A stretch of 64,000 nt of DNA from Selaginella moellendorffii (taxonomy: Eukaryota > Plantae > Lycopodiophyta): positions 278,005 to 342,004 of the forward strand of contig NW_003314398.1 in assembly GCF_000143415.4 (NCBI RefSeq), read 5' to 3'. How positions within the stretch are numbered: position 1 is the first letter of the stretch; every line of letters starts with the position of its first letter. Below are positions 26,901-37,129 of this stretch, in pieces. A program made the translations under genes and the position numbers. Under the pieces are notes generated by a model, which worked only from the letters and a program-made list of their open reading frames with translations, ran no database searches and was not told where the DNA came from.

Positions 26901-27085
26901 ATCTCTCCTCGTTCAATAGCGACCACATTCCCATCGAAGATAGTCTCTACTGATACAGCAGCATTGCCTTCCCCAAGCCTTTGACAGTGTATAACAAAGT
27001 TCCGATCCATAGACACAAGGGTCCCTTTTGCAACTCTCTTCCCACCATTCAAAATGTAAACCTTTTCCCCAACCCTGAAGGCCAT
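23945..27085 (-). pseudogene. Sola-like DDE transposase (about 1,030 codons when reconstructed), disabled
   Basis: Six listed ORFs join into one frame through in-frame TAG stops (26858, 25889, 25733, 25370, 24825, 24621) and one frameshift near 24885. Motifs: FSKCDEC, IIHDKMDQ (D1), LQTDNAGSENKN (D2), FLMVGHTHEDVDAMFSHL (third acidic residue region). A probable last intron at 23980-24031 leads to a stop at 23945-23947. Confidence 0.88.
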
Positions 27086-28379
27086 TCTGAAAGTGCAGAA
27101 AAGAAGTTAAGACCATACAAAAAATGATTGGAGAATGGCCTAAATCATAACATACCAAACAACCTCAATAGCATGAAGCCACATGCTATTATTCAAACAT
27201 GCTATTGACACCCACGTGAAATTTCGCATTCACAAAATTGGCATGAGGCCTCATGCCATCTTGATATACACACAGCTGCAGGCAAGTAAAAACATACATG
27301 ACAATATGCTAGCCATGAAATTGCAAGGGCCCAAGATGGCATGTGGCCTCATGCCATTTCTAAATGTGGTCCTAAGCCATTCCATGGTGAACATACCAGG
27401 AAGCACAAGTGCCGAATATCAAGAGGAAGCGGTAGCCACACCAAAGACAGTGCCGCTCGCAACACAGCAACTACTCGTAGCGCCGCTCGCAACACCGCAA
27501 CTGCTCGTAGCGCCACTCGCACAAACTGCCACTCGCATAAACTGCCACTCGCAATGGCGCTCGCAATGCCGCAACCGCTCGTAGACACATAAACCACAGC
27601 TCACAACGCCACTTACACAAGCAGCGCTCACTGCGCTCAGCGGAACCAAGAACACGGCGCACAAAAATGATAGACCTAGGAATGAGTTCGAGAATTCAAA
27701 AATAACACACGCTTGAACGTCACATCAAATCCTCTGACAAACCAGATATTATGATTCCTCTGACAAATTTCAAACTGAGTAGCTTCTAGACTTTGCTGTC
27801 GGAGGTTGAACTTTGTCACATCATGTCCTTGCCTCGATCCAGCTGTGCCATGTTAGTGATTCGAACTTTGCCATGCCATGTCAGCGATCCGCGCCAAGAT
27901 TATTCGCCGTATAAAGGAATAATTATGCTGTGTGTGTACGTCCATTTATGGCAATATAAGGCCACACGCCATTCAAAGAATAATGTTAGTCGAGCATTTT
28001 TTGGTGCATTTTTGGGTTCAAAATTGCATGAGCCCACACGCTATAAAGTTTACTGTACCAAAAATAGAAACAACTTTATTTACTTGGGAATTTAAGTGGT
28101 TGAGGCATTTTTAAACTTACAAACACATGCCCTACTTACATTCCTTTGGTTGCTTAAAATTCAAAAATATTATAAACCTTTCTTTTTGCATTTTCAATGT
28201 TTTCAATTATGGTTTTTGATTTTTGCAGGACCAACCTAGTAATCTATTTGCATCCCGTCATGTTTATAGCTAGCTTTCGTTTGTCCCCTTCGCTAGCCTG
28301 AGATACATCTGCTCGGCATCTGCCTCTTACAGCATTTGCCCAGAAAGGGCATCTTTCTTCACGCAGCATTTGCCACATG

Positions 28380-28405
28380 TTTAGGGTTTAGGGTTTAGGG
28401 TTTAG
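28380..28405 (+). repeat. Interstitial plant telomere repeat (TTTAGGG)3-TTTAG (telo-box-like)
   Basis: Read directly; lies midway between the two divergent genes of the transposon. Confidence 0.85.
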
Positions 28406-29438
28406 CAATTCAGTAGCTTGATAAACATGCAAATACAGAACTTGATGCAAAATCCTCTGATATGTCACAATGCCCCTAGGACCATAAACACATTTCAATA
28501 GAGAGGGTCCTTTCATTTCATAACTCCTTACGTAGATCTTGGTGAAACCAGAGTTAGTGAAGTTGGTTTCTTGTGATCCCGCATCTGATTGTGATGTCCC
28601 TTTGCAGTGTCGATGGAAAGGTCAATGCACACCAAATTGTAGAATCTTGGAGCAAAATAACGGTCGGATCTATGGCAAATGCCCCTGAAACATTGTAAGG
28701 CTCATGTGGTCTCATGTGGTGTCCGATCGAGATGCTTCTTTGCAGGGTCATCAAGAAGGACATTGTATACCATTCTTTATTTAGCTGAACATCTGGCATT
28801 TTTGGAAATACAAGATGCTTTGGAATATCCAATCATGCATGGTATAAATATAGCGAGGGTATTAAATGATATCCCAATCATGATCTTTCTTTTGGATTTC
28901 GCGTGCATGCAGTCCGAGGAATGATGACGTTGCGGATTTCTTTTGGATTTCACGTGCATGCATGCGCGTGGCGATCCAGAAATTAATGGTGGCGCCCAAG
29001 TCCGAGGAATGATGACGTGGCGGGATTACCAACCGTTGTGACATTTCGCGCGTGTGAGGTTAGGTTTTGCATTTTGCATCGTACTCGCGCTCGCATCACG
29101 CTCCCACTCGCGATCACACTCACATTCACGCTCATCTACCTTCTCTACAGGTTTCTCGTGTGCATCGGCGTCCACTCGCGCTTGCATCACACTCGCGTTC
29201 ACATCGCGCTCGTGTGCATCAGTGTCCACTTCAAGACACACCCAGTTTGTAACTTCGCCGCCAACTCCGCCGCCCACTCCGCCACCCACACGCAGCCCAC
29301 TTGGCGTCCCAGGAAATTTCAGCGCCACTCTCCAACTGTAAGTGGCAGAGTAGCCTTGCTGCTACGATCCGCTGCACACACAGTGCACATTCGCCAGCGA
29401 GTCCGGCCTCGATTGTCACGGCCTCCATTCGGCTTTAA

Positions 29439-32400
29439 ATGGTAAGTCTTTTAGGCCAAGTAGAAAATGGCATGAGGCCACATGCCATTCAGTAGCAACA
29501 TTGGCATGCACCAATTGGGCTCTCGAGTGCAGTCCGGTTACAGATGGCGTGTAGCCTCACGCCATCTTAGGATGCAGCCTCAAGACATCTGATGCAGTGG
29601 TGAATGGCGTGTGGCCTCACGTTATTTCCAGCTGCTAGCTTTTCATCTGTCAGCTCTAATTGTTGTGCATTTCTAAACAGGCGAGGAATTGCGTTCTTCT
29701 TCCAGCCACTGTCAATGTGGATGCAGAGAAGGGGGAGGAGCTCACCAGTTGGACTTTCGGGATGGAAGGCGAGGATCTGAGGCTATACAACACAGATGGT
29801 GGGAGAAAAGAATGCATGGGGATCCTCATCCAAGTGACAGACACTCCATGCAGTTCCATGCAAGAATATGGACTGGCACTTGTGGTAGAGACAGTGTCCG
29901 CCTTCAAGATCCACCTTGCACATCCTAGCGGCTTCCCGGAGGGGGGCAGCGGTTATGAGGAATTCCTAGAGGGAGCTAGGGAGAGGTTGTCCAGGAGGCC
30001 CACAATTTCAAAGACGCTGCGGGTCTATGAAGATCACATGGAATCCACGGACCTCACCTACGGCGATGTTCAAAAACTATATTCTAACATTGAGCCGTTG
30101 AGAGTGCCTCCAGTTCGCGAAGCAAAGGGGAAGGGGGTCGATCTGGAAACTACCCCGAAGCAGAAAAGGGTGGTCAAGCTCAAGCCGATGTCCGACTCTC
30201 TTGCTCCAAAAAAGAAGCTACTCGGTGATGCCATTGCCTCGGATTCGAACACTACACCCACCAAAAAGAAGAGCCACAAAGAGCAAAAAGAGCAAGAAGA
30301 GGCAGCAAAAATCGTCGCAGATAATAGTACTTGTTACTATTCCAACAAAGTATATACAATCGACGTGAGTTGTATCGACATCCAAAGCAAATACAACCAC
30401 AGGCTAGTATCTGATGAGTGGGTGGAGAAACTGAAGCAGAAGATGTTGGCAAGTCCAGTAACACCCGACATCGCAGACGTGATCCCCTACTATCGAACAA
30501 TGAAGGGCGAGACGAGGTTTCCAGACTTGATCAATAGGAAGGTGTTGGACGATCAGAACATCCGGTTCTATGCCGTCTCTAGGCAGCATTCTAGCTTGGC
30601 GATGCAAGAGATAGTTGTGGATATTATGGTGGGCGAGGAGGTGAAGAAAGTCTTCAAGACAAGAGTTGTCCGCTTGATAAAAGGCAACTCGCCCCTCCGA
30701 TCTATCATATCCATCTCCCACGCGCAGAATGTCAAGCAAGAAACGTGCTACAAATCGGGTCTGCACGAGACATTGGCACGAACACGAAAGCTCTGGGTTC
30801 AACTGAAGAAGCCACAAAAACCAGGACAAGGACGTGCACTAGCAACTAGCGCCTGGCAGGTAAGCCTCGTTGCATGTGGCATAGCATGTGGCCTCACGCC
30901 ATTTCCATTGTAGGAATTCTCGAGTCTTCTCTCGAAAACACTGGGGGTCAATGACACACTCAGCATCCATAACATTCTACTCGCAACAAAAGTTGTTTTT
31001 GACAAATGGGTAGATGTGCTGAGGAGGTACCATAACGGGGAGTTGCTAAACTCAATGGGTGTGGAGGACGGCCGGAAGCCCAATGATTTGAAGCTCAACG
31101 CCTTGCATTTCTCGCGGTTTCTAGACGACGACGACCTTCTGACAGTGGCTAATGCTCTTCTATGTGGTGAGGTAGTCTTCAACAAGACCAAAATGACTCC
31201 CGGCCATATTGTGACATACGAGGACTTGTGCACGACTCTGAGAGCTCATGCGTTATTGAAGGATTGGATCTTCGAGCAAGTGGCCGTGGAGAGGGTGAGC
31301 ATCGACACCACGCAAGAGATGATGGAAGAGCTGGAGTTGTCAAATGAAGACATCGGCGAGTACGTGAAGGGGGCCCCCAAGTTCATCGATCTGCTGCGGG
31401 ATGCCACGAAAAGTAAAGCTGAGAAGTTGGATCAGTATCCAAATTTCATTAAGAGGGATGTCGACCGCCGGCTTCAGAAACAGCTCAACCCCGCAGCAGA
31501 GGCCTATCGAGAACCTTACCGGGTATATGTGAATTCGGATGAGGATCAAAGGTGGAGGAGCATCGTTTCCCGCGGAGATGAGCAGGTCAAGAACATCTTT
31601 TGTGTGATGGACTTCACAAACGAGGAGATCACTCATGCAGACGAAGTCAGCTCCATCATTGACTTAATGGTGGGACTTGCGGAGGTGGAATCTTCAGTCC
31701 ACTATATGATCTACGACTCCGAATCCTATCACAAGTTCTGGAAGGCCTTGAACGAGGTGAAGGCTCGGTTGAAAAGCAAGGAGATGCAGGAGATCCATGG
31801 GATAATGGCTAAGAAGAAGATACCGACGAATGTCCGCATCTTCACACTCGCCCTTGTTATTGGTCCTGCAGTAGAGTGGGATTGGAGTGACTTCCCAGCT
31901 TCATTCGACAAGGCCGATCGAATTGATCTGAGGGAGGTCAATTTACCCGTGCCTGAGGAACTGAAGACGGCTATGGAGCTTTTGAATCCAGAGAAAGCTC
32001 CAGGTGCAGCATGGGAAATGCTCAACTGGGTCTTCAACGCAATAGCGGGTGGGTCACCTGCTTCCAAGGGCAAATGCGTTGTCGAGTACAACTGCGGTGG
32101 ACTATTCTTTCGAGCCGCACTACTCAAGGGTGTCCCGTGTGTTGCGGTGACAAACTCCATTGAAGAGGTGACTTCAATGGAGCATATAATTATAGTTGCC
32201 AAAGAAAAACAGTATCTTCTCTGCGAACTTGGTGAGTACGCACTTTAAGTTTAAATGTTATCTCACAAGCTCTGTATGCAGGAGCGTGGCCACCCCCAGA
32301 TGCTGAAATGGCGTTAACAGCTACTGTTGAAGATACCCATGTTGGGCCGAGCTCACAACCTGCACAAGGTAAGGTCACGTGAGGCCTCATGCATTTTGAT

Positions 32401-34859
32401 TATAGATCGTTGTGAATATTCAGACACGAGGACTGAAAAGCGCACTGGTGGCGCGTCAAAGAAGGACAAACAGACAAGCAATAGGAAAAAAGGAGGTACA
32501 AATTATATTTGCAATAGCGTGTGGTCTCATGCCATTCCTTGCAGGAGACACTTCTTCAAAGGCAAAACAGGCAAGCACCAGCCAAGCTCAAACTGACAGT
32601 GGTCATAAAAAGTGAAAGCACGTTGGACAGTCGTCGGGATCAGAGGCGTTTGATTCGAAAAGGAAGAAGGGCAACGAAAAGATGATAGGTAATGCCTCGC
32701 GGTCACCACCTCCTGACTCAGATTCCTATGGCGGACTCCCCTTCCCCAATCTCAATGGAGAGGTACAATGGATGAGGGATGCTTTTCAAGTCAGGGCCAC
32801 GTTTTTCTCATCTCGTCGTCTTCGAAGGGTGCAAGAACGTGCAGAAACCATGTTAAGACAGTCGGGTGAGGATACGGTCCTAGGTCACGCACTAAAACAG
32901 GCTATGGATGTCTTGTATTTTGAGATGGAGACTCGGCCAGATGATTTTCCCAAGATGGTCCTGGAAGAACAAGCCATCCAACCTGAGCAGCCTATGGAAG
33001 AAATGCAGGAGGGGGATGAGGAGCCAGAGAAAGATAATGAGCAGGAAGAGTAGAAGGACGAAGAGGAGGACAAAGAAGAGGAGGACGAAGAAGAGGAGGA
33101 CGAAAAGGACTTGGATGGTCCTCACAATGGTGACGATCACAATAACGATGACAACGATGATGACGATGATGGCCAGCCTGAGGTGGCCAAAAAGCAGCGG
33201 AGGAAGGTCATACAAGACAAACCATCAAGTAAATAATAGTACATCCATTCTTAACCTTTCTAACATTGTCCATATAGGTTGCAAAGCAAATGGTAAGTAG
33301 AGATTATTCAGTTGAATTAAGATACAAACTCTAGCCTTTAGTGTCGAGGAAGGATAGTGCCAAGCAAGGGTCGAAACATATGTCCAATCCTTCAGAATCA
33401 GCAATGCGCCCAAGTGATATCGGTCCTAGTTCCTCAATAGCAGTTGATGGTAAATACAGTATAGTCGATTCAATGTGCTAATGAGTTTGTTTTTAGTAGC
33501 CAGTAGGGAGGATACCATCTCAATCGAAGGGAGATATTTGGACATGCATATAGATTCGGCAGTGGACTCTACTTGCTTGCAAGAGTCATCAGAGCTGGTG
33601 GAGGCTACTATCCATATCAACGCCAAGCAAGCTGACCACGCTCCACTTGATGCTGCCCATACCACTGAGTCAATTTTGTCCACGTATCCAACTGACGGTG
33701 ACCAGGCGCCATTGGACCCGCATGAGGCCGCCCCAGCCGCCGAGCCGGTCGTATCCTCATTTCCAACAGACTCAATGTGTGCCCAATCGTCTGACTACAC
33801 GCTGTTGGAACCTCCCTACACCGCCCCTGCTGCCTGTTCAGTCATGTCTACTTTGCCAACGAAGGCACCAGCTTAAATGGCGTGTGATCACACGCCATCG
33901 GAACCACCCCATGCCACTGTTGAGCCAGTTGTACCAGAGTCTACAGCTGAAATGGCATGTGCCCACACGCCATCGGATGCGATTGACCCCACATTGCAGA
34001 GGAGAGTATTTCCGCCCTTCACGTTTCCTCGACCAAAACCCTCTCAACAACCATCGGGAGCACCATTTGCTAATATTGTAGATGGTAAAATTGACTTGTA
34101 CCATTTTTTATGCTGACGCATTTCATTTCAGAGTCACGGCGAAGGTACTGTATCGTTTTTGATCTGAACGGTGTCCTTTTCTCCCATGAGCGTGGCTCGT
34201 CCTCGAATGTCACTACACCCTCCAAAGCCTACGGTCGCAAGTTGGTCAAAAGAGACAGATTCACATTAATCACACGGGAGAAACTGCGGGATCTAATAAT
34301 GACCATGCGACACTTAAAACAGAGGGCCGGGTTCAATTTGCAATTGGGAGTTTGGACATCCATGATGCGCCACAATGCATTAACGTTGCTACAGATGATG
34401 CACAATCAGACGCGAGTAATATTACCATTTGACTTTCTCCTAACGCAGGAGGATTGCTTGACTATGGTCCATGTGAGGGGTAGCAAGCCCATCTTCGTCA
34501 AGGCAGAGGCTGTAGTGATGAACCGGACTGCTAGGTCAAGTGAAATCCTCATCATCAATGACTCGCCGATTAAAACTGCAGCGAACACGCACACATATGC
34601 AGTGCACCCCATCTCTTGCAATATGGAAACTAGGGAGAAGAAACCGTATGTTCTAGGGGACTTTGCAAAACGGCTTGGAGCGATGGTGATAGAGAACCGG
34701 CCAGTCCAGGAGGTGGCTGCAGAAATCAACCAAATGGCAGATGGAACGGTATATCAGAAGCCATTTGATCGGACAGACACCAGTCATCATTTATGGCATG
34801 TATATTGTCTAGCCAAGCACTATCCACATCTCCATAATCTGCTCAACCGGACATATTAG
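29439..34859 (+). pseudogene. Multi-exon transposon cargo gene: ParB/Srx-like domain + degenerate N4C/N6A DNA methyltransferase-like domain + acidic linker + FCP1-like HAD phosphatase
   Basis: In-frame GT-AG model: ATG 29439-29441, then exons 29681-30859, 30914-32231, 32282-32368, 32424-32495, 32545-about 33228, small exons, about 33497-34084 and 34132-34859. Motifs: RLVSDEWVEKLKQKM...FYAVSRQHSSLA; EKAP...KCVVEYNCGGLFFRAALLKGVPCVAV; IVFDLNGVLF...VWTS...KPIFVK...IINDSPIK. Premature stops at 32613, 33051 and 33874. Confidence 0.72.
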
Positions 34860-35380
34860 AGAAGAGATGGCATTACTATTGGGTTTAAATCCTGATAGTG
34901 TGGAGAGTGATGAAATTCCAAGATTATTGTATAGGCGTTGGAGGCAAAAAATAACAGTCTGAGATGGCATGTATTTATTTAAAAATATAACTTATTATGG
35001 CATGGGGTTCCATGCCATTGTATTAATATTAAAAGACAATTCTTTGAGAGGATTTGCATTATACTAGAAGTGTTACAGCATGTTATTGGAAGTCTACGAA
35101 GTTGTTTTATTAATAAGGGGAAAGTAAAGATTGAATGGGGACTTGGGCTCCACCTAGACTCGGAGCAACTGAGCCAATATTAAAAGGATGGAAAGAAATT
35201 GGATGACGATGACAAAGAGAAGAGAGAGGTGAAGCAGTGGCAGGGGGAGGAGAAGTGATTGAGTAGACATTTCCTTGTTTAAAATAAAATGGCATGTGCC
35301 TCAATACAGTTGAATTTTGTTATATTTATATACTATATAAAGGTTTGGAAACCTTATTTTACAAGTGGGATAATGACAAT

Positions 35381-35404
35381 TCCCACTTTAACGAAATAGA
35401 GCTT
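35381..35404 (-). repeat. Right terminal inverted repeat (24 bp)
   Basis: TCCCACTTTAACGAAATAGAGCTT; a subterminal AAGTGGGA (35363-35370) can fold back on it. Confidence 0.97.
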
Positions 35405-36933
35405 CAATGCTCTATCTATATCATTGTAGCGCACGTGGTTTTTACCCTTTATCCTATGGTGGTTTACCATAGGATAACACCACGAAGCGGAACCTAAACC
35501 CTCTTTATGCCACATGACACATGCCACATATCATATGCCACATGTCCATAGGATAGTGGTGCGGAACCCGAGGTTCAGGGCCTTAGGCCATTGAATGAAG
35601 GAACGGTGTCAAACTCCCAAGCATAGAGCCAAGGAATGATGGAATCGGTCCATGAAGCAACTCCCGAGCATACAGTCCAAGGAGCGAAGGAACAGGAGCC
35701 CGGAGCAACTTGGAACAGTCCTAGAGCAACCAGCATCCCAATGCCAAGACTAGCACGAAAAATAGAGCCAAACGGAGTCTGGTGCTATTTTGGTATACTG
35801 ATAGCCTAACGCGGGACATGGGTACTCCACTAGCTAGCATGGAATGGAACTTGGGCTTAGACCCAAGCCGGACACAAAACAGAGACAGACACGCAAGCGA
35901 GAGCTAGACTGTGCCTCAGGTTGGTTGGCCATACCCAACCTACCCACTATCCCTACTATATATTTGGAACCCCCAACAGCTCCCCCCCCCGAGGAACACA
36001 CGCTTTGGGCTTTCACCCCAAGCCTACCCTGTAGTTAGTCTCTAGGACAAGCTCGAAACTTACTAAATATAGAATGGTGCTAGATTGCGAATTTGGACAC
36101 AAGACGAACACCATTGTGTTCAGGACAATCTCTACATTCCATAGATATGCCAAATGAGCAAATCTGGACACTTTCCATAAATAGCATTTGGGACCGAATT
36201 GAGACTAACACAAAGGGCATGATAGCAAGGGTGTTTGGCAAACACAGTAAACTATCATCTAGCAATATTGAGGGACCAAGCTCAATATCGCGAGGGTTCC
36301 CAACACTAGCAAATGCAAGTCAACGAATGAGTTTCTCTAACCAGGTTAAGTATGCTTGACTAAATAAACACTTAGGAATTCCTTCCTTATGCTCATCTGA
36401 TCAAGTGCACATGCGAAAACCAGTTTCTTGACTAGCTTAGGCGGAGACTGATAATGAGCCTAACAATACCGACCTCCTACCATCGTGGCAGTAAGGTAAG
36501 AGTGTCCGTAAGGATTGGCCAACAGGTAACTTTCGATATCCGAAATCACATTCGCAACACTCTCCCCCTAGGGAAGATTGATGTCCTCATCGATGCATAC
36601 TCGAGTCTAAAATACTGCCAAAGAAACAACTCCAGAAAAAGTTCATGGTACTCACACTATGTGAGAAATGCACCATCTTAAATGAGTTATGAGCCAACCT
36701 CTTTGTCTAATGCAGATGCGCTACCAGCTCAGACACCTTCTGGCTATCGCTGACAAGGAAATGACCAACAGAGTCAGCCACCCTTGCTGCTTTGGGAGTC
36801 ACCCAGCATACAAAAGTGTGATACGTTACAAGGACATAGAGAGAGAAGCCAGAGGCCCCAACCCTCCTAAACAAAGAAACCAAACCCGTCGGTAAGGTTT
36901 AGATAGACTACTGTAAACAGGCAGTTAGAGTTG

Positions 36934-37129
36934 TGTAAGCTCCTAAGTTTGGACTTCCCAGGAGGTCACCCAACCCAGTACTATTCAAACCCAAGGACAC
37001 TTAACCGCAAGTATCCCAAGACCCTTTACCGATTGGAAAACGGGGTGCACTCTTATTCATGGGCCCTTTTCCCTCTATATTTGAACCCCTATGGATCGTC
37101 TCTTGAGTCGTTCCCTTTGGTTGCTTACA
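36934..37129 (-). mobile_element. Cassandra-like solo LTR
   Basis: 196 bp, TG...CA, TSD AGTTG on both sides; same insertion site as the full element at 13871-14469. Confidence 0.93.

Larger units (their letters stand above)
22929..35018. repeat. Dispersed 22-bp palindrome ATGGCRTG-WGGCCW-CAYGCCAT, about 20 copies inside the TIR element
   Basis: Copies start at 22929, 23018, 23618, 23778, 23924, 25265, 25322, 27168, 27238, 27336, about 27950, 28023, 29467, 29544, 29604, 30881, about 32374, 32514, 33877 (perfect), 33952 and 34997. Confidence 0.92.
22387..35404. mobile_element. 13,018-bp TIR DNA transposon, Sola-like, carrying a cargo gene
   Basis: Perfect 24-bp TIRs AAGCTCTATTTCGTTAAAGTGGGA (22387-22410) and its reverse complement (35381-35404); 4-bp TSD CAAT (22383-22386, 35405-35408). 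The empty site GAGAAGG-CAAT-GCTCTATC is present (minus strand) near 15993-16011. The element contains a DDE transposase. Confidence 0.95.

Noticed and set aside
24018-27085. Six separate small genes, or CACTA classification of the element
   Set aside because: The ORFs are one interrupted reading frame. The termini are AAGC rather than CACTA and the TSD is 4 bp rather than 3 bp.
28380-28405. Chromosome end or healed break
   Set aside because: Only about 3.7 repeats, internal to a TIR-bounded element.
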